DNA of 64,000 nucleotides from Phoronis australis. Its lineage: Eukaryota; Animalia; Phoronida. The stretch is taken from NCBI GenBank assembly GCA_002633005.1, contig NMRA01000003.1, forward strand, positions 138,129 through 202,128, in the 5' to 3' direction. A program made the position numbers and the translations under genes. Shown here piece after piece: positions 52,101 through 64,000 of this stretch (the stretch's first letter is position 1; the number at the start of each line of letters is the position of its first letter). The notes under the pieces were generated by a model that searched no databases, was not told the origin of the DNA, and saw nothing but the letters and a program-made list of their open reading frames with translations.

Positions 52101-55100
52101 ATCTCTCCTTTTGATTTTCTGTTTTCTTAACTGTGTCATTAGGTAAGGAGTGCACCTGTAGCTCCCTTGAATTTCACCAAAGAATTAAGCATGACATTTG
52201 CAATTAGTAATATCTTTGTTTCATCACTTGATGCAATTGAGAATACCCATGGTTTGCCCAAGTGCCAGCCTGTCACTAATATTAGTGCTAACATTTCCTG
52301 CACCAACAAAATCATGATACAGTCTCGTCCCTGTACTCTCTACATTCCTTGGAGCACCTTGACCTGGCAATCTTGAAGTACATTAAGTTCTGTTTAGTGG
52401 GTCTGCAGACACATTAGGAGCAAGATGTTATGTATTGGTTGTATTTAACATCAACCAGGGTGAGAATTTAAGGGGTGAAAATGGTGGATTTGGGTATGCA
52501 TGTCAACAGCAACTTTAAAAGGTCATAAGGTTTATTTTTGACCTTTCTTTTGAATGTACATTAAAATCCACATTGTTACATTTTAGACGTTTTGAATGAA
52601 TGAATTTTGACTAAATCACGGTATCATTAATTGTTTTGAAGCGGTAAATGGTGTAAATCAAAAGTTATTATCTTATGGAACATAAGTCTATTGCCGCTTT
52701 AAGTAAATACCATTGCAGAGACATGGCTTCTTGAGCTGATGCCTAGATGTAGATCTCGATGTAGATCTAGATGTAGATCTCGATGTGGATGTAGATGTAG
52801 AACTCGATGTGGATCTAGATGTAGATCTAGATGTGGATCTAGATGTGGATCTAGATGTGGATGTAGATCTAGATGTAGATCTAGATGTTTTCAAAAACAG
52901 TTCCCCTGCCAAGAAACTACCTGTGGGGATTTGTTGTGGTCTTCATAGCTTTTATGAATTATCAAAATTGTTATTTTAAAACATAGACCCCTCTGTAAAT
53001 TTCTGTTATTTTAAAACATAGACCCCTCTGTAAATTTCTAGTGCTTGCATTGCTCAAGGACTATCATATCTGTAATTAGATTCACAAGCATGCCAAAAAT
53101 GCTGGAAGTTTCTGTGGCTAATGTTTTAGTCTGACAGATGAGCTGGGTTCATTTTTTTACCACCCAGTCACTTTTAAATGAAAATTGAGATCAAACACCT
53201 CACAATTGATTAGTGTCACTATAAACCAAGATCTCATACCCCTGCGCATATGTGTGTCCTTTGATTATTACCCGTAATTGTTTTTTCTAAGTGCTTGTGA
53301 AACCATTCAGTTTTTGGGTTAGACATGCTGCAAGCAAAGAGCCAGTAAAAATTGCACTCAATCACATTAGTGGCGTTTTGCTACTTGGGAAAGTGCTAGC
53401 GAAAATGCCAATTTGTGAATGGAGAATCATTGAGAATCAGATATCCTTGGTGTCATGCCTTTTGGCATATTAAACAGCTGAACATATGATTATCTGTTCC
53501 CAAGCTGGATGGTCCTGTAATGCCGTAGCTCACATGACTGTTAATACCTCTCTGGTGAAGTGTAGTCATGTGACTGCCAGACCTCATGTTCACTGATAAA
53601 GTGATGACTGAGAAGCCTATGTTTACAGTAACTTGTACTCAAGCCATCACATGGCTTTCTTGTGATCTCTCTGTTGTTTATTCAGTAAAATCTGGAGTTG
53701 TCTGTGGGTTTTTGTTGGCTGGAGTTTGACTGCCAAGATGACATGAAAAGTGTTATGACTTGAGAGTAGTTATGTTTACAAGTTGTGATACACATCTTTA
53801 CCACTAATTTGGTCAGCCTGTTACAACAGTGACAGTGACTCTTGCCACTGGCTCATTGTCATGTTCTGAAATAGCTTCCTGCATTTTTCTTCCTGGTGTT
53901 TTGTTAAAGCAGCATGCTGTGTTGTTACGAATGACAAAAATTGTTCATTGTTGAAACTGGAGTAAAGCAAGTGTCCAAATGTTTTAACTTACATTGATGT
54001 TTATTACTTATGACGAAATTGATGTTACTCTGTCTCAGTTGTGACAAATTTTATATAAAGTTTGCACGCTGTAGGTGGCATTTCTTGCCTGAATGGCGTG
54101 AACGTGATGTGCAAGCTGGAACTTCATATTGTCTCAAAGCCTGTTTTTCATCATGATCACACCCAAGATGGTAGACTCAGTGGCCATTTTGTATTAAAGA
54201 CACCACTTTAATGCTTCTTAAACCCACATTTCTCTTTATATACTGCACACGTACTTCCATTAGGTGAAATTGCACAGATGACGTTTTTTTTGTGTAGGCA
54301 CACCGATTTTTGCCCAAAACGCATTTTCTTCTACAGAGGTCGCCTGTGCATGGAATAGCTTTCAGTGTGTATGTGTTATATTGTGCAGTGTATTTGGCAG
54401 TATCATGGTCTTCAATGTCATCCTTCTTATCACTGTTGGTGTATGAGGGTCGTCATGTGTGGAGATCATGGTCATCCTTGATGTCCTTTCCTTGTACGTT
54501 TTATGTCTTCACTCACTCCTTAGTTCACTTTCATTTTCTTAGGTAAAGAGACTAATTACAGTTTCGTTGCATTCTTATCAAGTTTGCCATGGAAGTTGTG
54601 TCTTACTGGTAAATGTAAATGACTAGTGTATCATGAAACTTTGTTTGCTTAAACATAATAAGATAAGGAAGTTTTATGTAAATCAAATGACATGATTTCA
54701 ACCTTTTGCTCTATGGATAAGTACTAGGTAGTTGTTATCTTGAACCTTGATAAGTAGATCTATTTTTGTAGGGCCCTCGCTCTCAGGGGAAAGGTGACGG
54801 TGCTCCCTCAAGGGAATTTTTTCATGAGGTTAAAATCGTGCCCCAATTACCGTATGACCCAATCTCTCCCTCATCAAGTGCTCTTCCCACAGCATTGCTT
54901 GAAATGGCCAAAACTTAGTTTTGAGCGTATTTTGTTTCCTTACACACTATTTAGAGCAGACAGGTGATCAGGTCATGTAGCTTTTTCTTGGAATGGGACT
55001 GTCCTAAATAATAGAGGTTTCAGTGACTGTCCTAAATAATAGACGTTTCAGTGACTGTCCTAAATAGTAGAGGTTTCAGTTAGTGTATCTACTAGTAGGA

Positions 55101-58100
55101 ATCTCACCGACATTTTGTGTGCTCTATACTATGTGATCATCCCTGCATTTGTGATCAACCAATCAAGATTCTTTTCTCCACGTTGAGCTGTAAACACTGA
55201 AAAAGCATGACTGAAGTGAGGATTTTCACAGTTCGCAAAACCTTCTGAATTCAAGGGTGTGTGTGAGTTAGAAACTAAATGGTTTTAACCTCGATGGAAG
55301 TTCTGTTACCATTGAAGGGGAAGTTTTGGGCCTGGTGAGGGGAATTTGTGCGATTTTTAAGTATTTGTCAGAGGGGATGGCTTAAATATTCAGTTGCAAA
55401 ATCAAGGCATCAAGGACCCTAAGTTTTGAAATTTTAGTTTCTTAATCCAATAATGAGCAATAAGTCCTATAATGATTGCAGTCCTATGTGGGTGTTAATA
55501 GTCCATCTTGTGTCAGAAATGTGTCCTTCAGATGCCAGACAGGTTTTCGTTGATATCGGTGACTAAACACTGCCATTTGGTCCGCTTCACATAGTTTGTC
55601 AACTTTGATTGGTTGATTTTTATTATCTTGATTTTTGTTATCTGGTTGATAACTTCATATCAAACCCATATCATAGGATGTGTCTTTGTCTAATGGAAAT
55701 ATTTTTGCAGCTGTGATTATCTGATTGGAGGGTAGAGTGTATGAGGTTATTTTACAAATATTGAATGTTCTGAGCTGCTTTATTTTCATTTCAGATAACG
55801 CGGGCTGGATCTGATGTGAAACTCCTTGGTGAAATGATGTTTGGGTCTGCACCCATCACTCACCAGGGTACAACGCTACGTGTTCACTCCATTCGGTGAG
55901 TAATGTATCTTATTTTTTCTGCTTACTAAAAACTGGCAAATACCAATACGATATTATTAGGTAGAAAATAGTCATTTGAACTGTACCAGTTTGTAATATG
56001 GTTGTCCAGTAGATCTGTTTTGATTTTTGCAGCAGAGTAGAATTATTATAGGTGCAGATTTTGGCAACTGTTTTGTTGTTTCTGTTCCCTACCTTGCCTG
56101 TAGTAATTGCAATATCAACTCTCCTCTTTTCAGAGGTAAGAAAATGCATTGTATGGTTAGCTTAATTTTCAAAATGTAGAGCCACCAACACACTTCTGAA
56201 ATGAGAGGACTAGTGAATTTATTGCCCTCAACCCCTCCCGTTGCAACTCCCTGAACAGTGAATGTTTTGGCATTAAAATGGGGAATCCTTTTTGTGTAAT
56301 GTAAAATTGCAAGTAGCATCGCAGTGCCCTAGTACTGTTATGCAGCATCGGGGGCAACTACTGGGAAATGGGTATCAGAACTCTTGCTAATCTGTCACAT
56401 TTTTCTTTAAGCATGTTAATATATTTCATGTTTCGATTAATCTGGTTATGTCGCATGTTGTTTTACTTTAGTGCACCCTCTCAGTTAATGGTCACCAAGG
56501 TGTTTATACCAAACAGAACCAACCGCGAGTCCTCCGGTTACGGTGACGAGAGCTATGATAATGCCAGTCTCAATTCATCACTTAATGACATCTCATCATC
56601 TCAGAGTATTGCCAATACGTCATCTGGTTATAGCAGTTCAGTTGGTAAGTGCATTGATGAAGACATCATTCTCAGTTCTTCCCATCATCTCAGAGTAATA
56701 TCAATTCATCATCTGGTTATAGCAGTTCAGTTGGTAATCACATTAATGGTAAGTGTAATTGTCAGCTCATCTCTGAGTGCTGCCAATACACGGAGTTACT
56801 GCATCAGTTCGGTTGGTACCAAACACCCTATTGTTGTAACTTATTTGACTACTAAATGTGAGGTCATTGGAAAAAATGATACTATAATCACTGCATGACA
56901 AAGTTCATGAAAATTTTAATGTATGCAATTTTTGTTTTAATCTTAACGTCTCTTGAGGCTTAGTAACTGTAGTAGCATGACCGTGAAACTCGCAGGAACT
57001 AGGTCCAACCAGGTTAAGTGAGGTAAACTAATTAAAGTGAAATCAATCCCATCTGAAGGACTGAGGGCATAACCTAGAATGACTACCACAGAACTGAGTT
57101 AGTTGATCAAAGATTCGACTTATACGCCCCTAAATTGCACGAATTTCACTATCTGGTACATTGCAAAAAATCCAGAAATGACGCCAAGTTCTCCATAATA
57201 GCTGAGTGCAAGTTAAATTAACTGTCAGAGGAGATGGCTAGGGAAGGGGGGGCCTGTTAAATTATGTTTGTTGCATTTTGTTTGTCTAAATGACTGACTT
57301 ACTGGGGGTAAAAAAGAGCTATTAATTTGTATATTCATCGTCTTCTTTCAGCACACAGTATTCCTGTTGATGTGCCATTCAGTTCACACAAGAACAAAGA
57401 TGAAGATAGTGGATTGTCAGTGTCAGGTGAGTACACTGTTGAGACTACGGCTCTGATTTGTTGTTTAATGAGTTGGATTTAGTTCACCTACATTGTAGAT
57501 TGTAACAAGCAGCTCCCCTGCATGCAGGTGTTCTTGTGAGTGATACCATTTTGAAGTGTAAGCATTTCAATTTTTGTTATATGAAATCAAAATGCTCTTA
57601 AGTTATGATAGCCATTTGAAAGCGTGAGCTATTTATGCATATATGTCAATGAGTGAATATAAGAGAGATTTTTAAACAGTGTCTCAGACCACTACTCACA
57701 ATTGGTTGTTCCACTGAAGCGTTCACCCTATTGGTGGTTTTCAGCCTCTAGCCAAACTAGCGGCAGCTTCCACACACCTTACCACTCCCCCGGCAGCTCG
57801 TCAAGTATCAACTCCAACAGTTTCAACAGTCTCCATCGCAGGTTTGTCAGAAGTCAGACCATGACTCTGCAGTACGGCATACGCAAACGGGCTTCCTGTG
57901 AAGGAGTGGATGGCCAGGTGAGTGGGTTCAGGTGACGCTGATGTAGTCTGAAGAGGATCGGAGCATAATAGACCTTTATGGCTCTTCCACACAAGTGGAA
58001 GTTTGTACTTCTGAAATAACCTTTGTTATTTGTAATTCAAAGTAATTAAATGTATTAGAATAATTTAACTGTAAGTGCGACAAATTGTGATCATGGTATT

Positions 58101-61100
58101 GTGACAGTTAATGGTATTACAATGCTGAATAGTGTTAATAAGCAATGGTTTATGTAATTTGAACTTTGGCTGTTGTCATGGAGCAAAAGTACCTTAATTG
58201 TCATTTTTCTTTTGTCCAATGCGTATTATGTTTTCGTATTAAATGAAAACTTTCCCAAATGTTGTTTTATGACATCTACGCAGTGTAAGCCAATAATCTT
58301 AACATTTTCTTAATCTTTTTTGTTGAGAAATTGGCAAAATAAATTTTCATTCATCTACCATATTGTGTTCTGAGCAGAAAAGGAAAACTACTCAGCTGGG
58401 ATCCTAACCTCACTCTCTCAGAAGAGAATCCTACTTGTAAATGGATATTCTGCGATCCTAACCCACACTCCCTCAGAAGACAATCCCACTTGTAAATGGA
58501 TATTCTGCAAAAAATGAAACATCCTTAAAGTAGTTAAAATTTGGACGTTGTGCCTGTGAGACTTTTACATAAAGGATACGGAAACAAAGGAATCGCATAA
58601 TTTTCTCCAACTTCTTTGTGTTTTGTGATGTTTCCAGTTTTGAACCATACTTTGTATGTCCAAAGTGAATTCATTTGGTCTAAACTACATTCGTAAAGTA
58701 CATGTGACCTTTTGTTGTCAGCCAACCACACCTTGTCAGAGACGGTCTAAGATTGGCTTGGGTATCGTGTTTGAAGTCAGCGAGGGATCTGCCAGTGACT
58801 GGCCTGAACATTTCCAATCATTCTTCTTCTCTCACATCACATTGATTGAGGGCCACATCAACAAGTTGATACTGGCAGTTGAGCAGGCTTGCTGTGCCCG
58901 TAAGAACTTTGTGAACAATGTGATGGAGGTAGGCAACTGTTATCAGTCTAATGCCGACTTATGGTGATAATCAACACTGTGCACTTGTGATAGTTATTAT
59001 TTAGATTTTGGTAATATTGAATTAAGTAGGATTGGAGCCACGTGATTTAAACAATAAGCACTGTTTAGTTTCTGTTCAATGTTTCAGTTTGAATGTTATT
59101 GGTTCAGATTATCAGTGGAGTTGAAATACTCATGTGATCTCATTCATGTGACCATATTATGTTATGGAGGACTTGCGACAGAAAAATTCTAATTGGCCAA
59201 ATTAGTTACATGTTGTAATAGTTAGATCGCTCTTTAAGTTACTGATTTGGAAAATGTACGAAATGGAGACTGTATTTTCTTTTCATTTTCATCATTTTAA
59301 TTGTTGGAAATTAAAAATTTTTCATCTGCTCGTTGGCATGTCAATCCAAAATAACTATGTAATATTTTAAATGGCTATTGTATTTCTTTTTTGTGTGTAG
59401 TCTTGTGAATGTAATTTCATAAGTGGCTTCTTTTTGGCTATAAATCACTAAAACTGGTTTCTAAAGGATGCTGTGTCTCTTGTTCCTTGACAAAACTACT
59501 CCTTTAATCTGAAACGAATCGTTTATGCTTTGGCTTGTGTAAATATTGTCGCACCTGGGCCCGGTCTCCAATCTTTTACTCGAAATGGAACTCGAAATTA
59601 GGTTTGGCATTTGCTACTCTACTATTGGGCGAACTCAAGATAAGTGTCTATTATTCTATGCTCGAGTACACAATAACTTAAGTAGATAATTCATTGCCCT
59701 TAGTTCACAGTTTGTAAACCCAATATTAAAGCTTTAAGTTAGAGTTTGAACTCGAAATTTCGAGTTTTTACTCGAGTTTGTAGCACCAATATAAGGGTCT
59801 TCTAGGGCAAACTTGAACTAGAAACTCCTATGCATAAACTATAATGTATTCGAGCACAGTCTGATAACCAATTATCTTAAGTTCGTACAAAAGGAGCAGA
59901 GAAATTGCCAAAAATAGTTTCGAGTTCGTTTCGAGTACAAAGATTAGAGACCGGGCCCAGGTCTCACTAATGGAAATTTAACATAATTTTTGTTTTTATT
60001 CAGAACCTAGAAATCTTCCGTGGCTGCATTGCTGACCTGGTTCTTGCTAAACGTTTGCCCCAGCCCGTTTGGTTGGATATGATGGCTTACAGCACTCACA
60101 GATATGGCCTGTGTGCCAAGTACATGAAAGAGTTCATGCTTTCTGTGGAGAAATGTGACACAAAAAATACTAACTTGTAAGTATGACATTTGAAGTATGA
60201 GAAAGTTGACGGACACTTTTGTCAAATGAAAATTCAAATTCTTGATTTTGTTAGAGCCCATGTGTGGAAGTGTTTACTAAGTCTTTTTTGAATCCACATT
60301 TTAATTATGTCATGGTTTTTGAAGAAAATGGTTGGAGATCAATGTACATTTTTAATTCAAGGAATTTATTATGTTAAATTGCTATAAATATTCCTCGATG
60401 ACACCTAGAGTTGAGTGGAGTCCTGTGACTGTGATGTGAAAATGTTTTGTGATGCCTGAAGACACGGATTGACAAGTACAGTGTAGTGGTATATATTATA
60501 TGTGTCTTTGTACCTAACATGGATATAATGTTTATTTTACGGTTATTGGAATGCATGTCCAAAATAGGAATAGCGACTTTTATACAAGCAGCTTGCACTA
60601 GTCATTATGTCTGGACTTGTCTTCTAGCTTCCTTAGTACGCTCATCACAGCGGTTCTAACCTATCACCTGGCCTGGGTCCCCACAGTTACACCAGCAGGA
60701 GCATCCCAGTCGAGAGCATACCATGACAAACATACTGCCAAGTGGGTTAGTATTCACTGTTAATACATTATTTTGGTGTGAAGACGATTCATCCTTTTGT
60801 GGTTAATACCTGAAATCAAGGTCACAGTCATTGATAGTCTTCTTACACATCAGATATTGGTCACGTCACATGACTTAGAGTTAAGTCTGGACAGCTTTCT
60901 GTCTCAACCAGGATCAAAGTTGTTGAGGTCAGTTTAATGGCATTTGTCATTGTGAATAAAGTTCGTGACTATTTGTATGAGCTATGCTGTATGGTGTGAA
61001 TGTAGTTTGTAAGGCAAAGAGGCATTTGCAGCTTTCTGTCTTTCGGAATTAAAAGTACTATAACCTGATCTTCCATTACAAAAATGAAGTTTGAAATAGG

Positions 61101-64000
61101 TGTCATATCATTCCTTTGATTTCAAGGCTTCAACAACTGACAAGTCGTTATTGCTTGAGACCAGACTGACAAGTCGTTATTGCTTGAGACCAGGCTTAAG
61201 TTGCCTAGTGCGGAGCGTGTCATTTTATGTGCGGAGTGTGTTCTCTCAAAACAACAAACTGTCAGTTCCTTGCAAACCTAGAAATCACATACCAGTTGAT
61301 AAGAGACAAGTTTTTGAGATCAATTTTGTACTTGGTAATCGGTCTAAGTCAAAAGTTTGTTACTTGGATGGCATGCAGGTGTATAACCTGTTTGAACTGC
61401 AAAAGGTATGTGCATTACTCCCTTAAAATTTATATTTCAGCTGGATGCTCTAGCCAAGTCTCATCCTTATAACCCTCTCTGGGCCCAGCTAGGGTAAGCA
61501 TAGGCATCTGTATTTCTCATCTAATTACAGTTACTTAATCGCTGTATGTTTTTGTGCCTAGTAATTTCTAAATCAGTGATGTGAATTCAGATCTGTGGAA
61601 GGTACAGTTCTAAGCCAAACGTATTGTCTTTTTTGTACTCCCCTATGATGCGTTATACTGGCGTTCCCATCCGTGAGGCATCCAATGGTATATCTCTAAA
61701 ACCCCTTGTTGGATGTTCATGAAATTTTGCTATCATAGATGGGACAGCATGAGCGAAGTTTTGGACGGATTCAAGCCTCCTAGTGGCAATTTCATTTCTT
61801 TACATTTGCCTCTGTATCGTCGGAGTTCAAATAAGTATCTATTGAATCGACGCCGCCTTTTCGTTTTTGGATGGATTCATTGTATTCTGTGGGAAAGAGA
61901 ATGGCTGGTGATGATTTTCGGATGACTGCAACTTCTGTGGCACCCCCTAGAGGCGGTTTTGTTTGTTTTGCAGCCACGGCTGTATCTCGTGAATCCCTTG
62001 TAGGAACTTCGTTAAATTTTGTAAGTGTACAATGAAAGGGGCTACGCGTAGCAACGACTTATGTATGAATCTGACTACCAGTGTGTTCCATAGTGGCAAT
62101 TCTATTTTTCTTTGTTGTTCTTTATCAGATTTTCATGAAATTTGTCAGATTGGGTTTTTGTAAAGGGGCGATAACACCTTCCCATTTTCATACAGATATA
62201 ATATATTGTATGCCACCTCGTGGCCATTTTTATTGTTTTCGAGTCTTGTTTTTGGCGTCTGTCTCTCTATCTTACAAATTATTGTTGTNTTTTAGCTGTT
62301 TACGTTTTCCTCCGTATCTTTGGAGTTCCTTTATGTCTTTTCCTGATGATGGTTTTTAAACAGGTATGACTGCTTTGTCACAATTTTATTCTGTTGCCTG
62401 TGTCTCAATACAAGTTCCTTGGTGTTGGGGAGAGCGCAACTGAAGTGGATTTTGGGACACCCAGAGGCAATTTTTGTTTTCTTTGCATTTGCCTTCATAT
62501 CTATCAACTTCCTTGATGGATGTTCATGGAATTTGCCAAGTAAGTTATCACGTAGACAACAGCTCCATCCTATGTTACTCCCCCTGGTGGCTTTTCTATT
62601 GTTTTTGTGTCCTTTGTCGTCTGTCTCCCTATCCTCTAAACTTCTTGAAGTATCATAATGGAGGGTGGCAGGTATGTTCTTGTTCAGGAGAGCATTTCTG
62701 AATTGCTTTGCACTCCCCACTGACATTTCTTCGTTTAGTGGAAATATGGGAATAACAGTGATCATCTCTTGTGCTGTATGCAATGCACATGGTGTCAATG
62801 CTCTGTGTTGCTCTTGTTTCATAAATTGACGACATGCGCTGAATTTTCTTCTTTTTGTGTTCAGTGATTAGTTCTGATTAAACAGATTAATTTGAGTTCT
62901 ATAATACAGTGTTGCTAATTCACTGCATTACAGTGCCACCTGTTGTAGTCTGTGTAGTGATTCTATGTTTCAGGGACATGTATGGAGCTCTTGGCTCTCC
63001 TCTGCGGTTGGCAAGAACCGTTGTATTTGGGCAGCACAAAGATGTTGTGCACAAAATTCTCTACATCCTCAGCTATTTCATTCGATGCAGTGAAATACAT
63101 GAAAACACTGACGAGCAGGTCAATCTAGACGAGATTCACAACACGTCGTTACATTGTGAACAATGTGGTGCCACACCAAGGGGGATGTCTTTTCCTGAAG
63201 CTGTCCATGTGCTGGAACATGGCCAGAAGGCGGACAGGTTTTTGGACTCGGATTCTGAATTTCTGAGTAGCAATGCAACAAGTGAAAGTGAGTCTGTGGT
63301 TTTTGACTGGAGGAGCACGTCATTAAGTGGTCAGAACTTTTATACGTCTGATTCTGGGTTTGACAGTGATGATTTGTGCCATAGTATCGATGACAGTGAC
63401 TACAAACACTGTGTGGGGAAAAGCTGTTTCTACCTGCCCAAACCAGAGAATTATACTCACCTCAAAGACTCAAGTGCTTATTCATCGAAAGTGGATGTCT
63501 CTAACACGCAAAAAGAGGAGAAAACAAAAGGCCAAATTCTCAAAGAAAACACTTGGGAAAATCATGGATGCATGAGTACATCCTTGTATCCCAAAATTGA
63601 AATTGACAAAGTGCAGTCACTATATCCCATCCTTGACAGCAATCTCACAGTAACAACTTCCCCACATTTGTTGGCACACAGTGATCAGACTGTACCCTCA
63701 ATTTACCCAAACCTTGACATTTTGGAAAGGACAACTGAATGTGTGGATAACTTAAAGACAGACCTATCAAGTGCAACAAAGTGTGTTGGTGATACAAGTG
63801 TTAAGACTTTGAGTGGAATTAGTTCCCACAGTACAGACAGTATTGACGATAAATTGGTGTTCAAAGAAGTTGAGTGTAAGGTGAGTCCTCATGAGATTAG
63901 TGCACCTCGGGTCGAGTGTGTGCGGAATGTGGGAAGATCTGCTATAGAGTCTACAGTGAAATGTGATCATATTGGTGGTTATGACACTCCGTTTGAGTCT
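49118..64000 (+). CDS. FNIP1: Folliculin-interacting protein (FNIP1/FNIP2 family), 3' partial
   Basis: Exons 49118-49203, 50199-50319 ([21 protein letters not shown]), 51662-51760, 55795-55895 (LLGEMMFGS), 56472-56644, 57352-57426 (AHSIPVDVP), 57745-57917, 58722-58928 ([13 protein letters not shown]), 60004-60176, 60628-60745 ([16 protein letters not shown]), 61441-61493 ([15 protein letters not shown]) and 62974->64000 ([17 protein letters not shown]...[10 protein letters not shown]). All introns are GT-AG and phase-compatible. The symbol denotes the family; this is probably a single invertebrate pro-ortholog. Confidence 0.95.
50344..50579. mobile_element. PIF/Harbinger-like MITE, inverted relative of 42142-42389
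   Basis: GGGCCTGTTCCAAGAAA...TTTCTTGGAATGGACCC, with a body shared with the annexin 3' UTR element. Confidence 0.7.
52743..52887. repeat. (TAGATG-TAGATC)n 6/12-bp tandem repeat
   Basis: Direct read. It produces the spurious DVDL, RCRS and STSR ORFs. Confidence 0.95.
52969..53038. repeat. 2 x 35-bp tandem duplication
   Basis: TGTTATTTTAAAACATAGACCCCTCTGTAAATTTC occurs twice. Confidence 0.85.
54997..55080. repeat. 3 x 28-bp tandem repeat
   Basis: GACTGTCCTAAATAATAGAGGTTTCAGT three times, with no spacers. Confidence 0.9.
58400..58508. repeat. 2 x about 55-bp tandem duplication
   Basis: GATCCTAACC...CTCAGAAGAxAATCCxACTTGTAAATGGATATTCTGC occurs twice. Confidence 0.85.
59557..59958. mobile_element. 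PIF/Harbinger-like MITE with about 40-bp TIRs
   Basis: GGGCCCGGTCTCCAATCTTTTACTCGAAATGGAACTCGAAA vs the reverse complement GGGCCCGGTCTCTAATCTTTGTACTCGAAACGAACTCGAAA. Internal symmetry continues inward. Confidence 0.8.
61629..62735. mobile_element. Degraded Helentron/HINE-like non-autonomous repeat
   Basis: T-rich ends and recurrent TTCATGAAATTT and GCCxCCTAGTGGC motifs typical of such repeats. Boundaries are approximate and there is an N at 62289. Confidence 0.35.

Noticed and set aside
52688-52979. RS-rich, DVDL and STSR repeat ORFs
   Set aside because: They are translations of a simple tandem repeat in an FNIP intron.
54997-55080. 28-bp repeats as a CRISPR array
   Set aside because: No spacers, no cas genes, and it lies in a eukaryotic intron.

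Overview
AT-rich, intron-containing genomic DNA from an invertebrate animal. It is a draft assembly with a 924-N gap and single-N contig joins at 3937, 28806, 42558, 48145 and 62289. I reconstructed four spliced genes by hand on the + strand: a complete BRI3-like gene (86-4962), the first coding exon of a receptor guanylate cyclase with no downstream exons in the window (26633-27220), an annexin A7/A11-like gene with a very long Pro/Gly/Tyr-rich N-terminus (30608-42018), and a folliculin-interacting protein (FNIP) gene that runs off the end of the window (49118->64000). Most ORFs in the supplied track are spurious. The most notable non-genic signals are (i) a 5'-truncated Penelope-like element with inverted 129-bp repeats, each carrying a hammerhead ribozyme core, (ii) a 1.6-kb TTAA-targeted DNA transposon in the annexin 3' region, with the empty and filled alleles assembled side by side, (iii) a possible split or alternative architecture of the annexin locus, (iv) a cluster of CLEAR/M-box motifs around FNIP, and (v) several MITE families. 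I found no CRISPR arrays, rRNA genes or intact tRNA genes. Family assignments come from motif recognition only; no database search was run.
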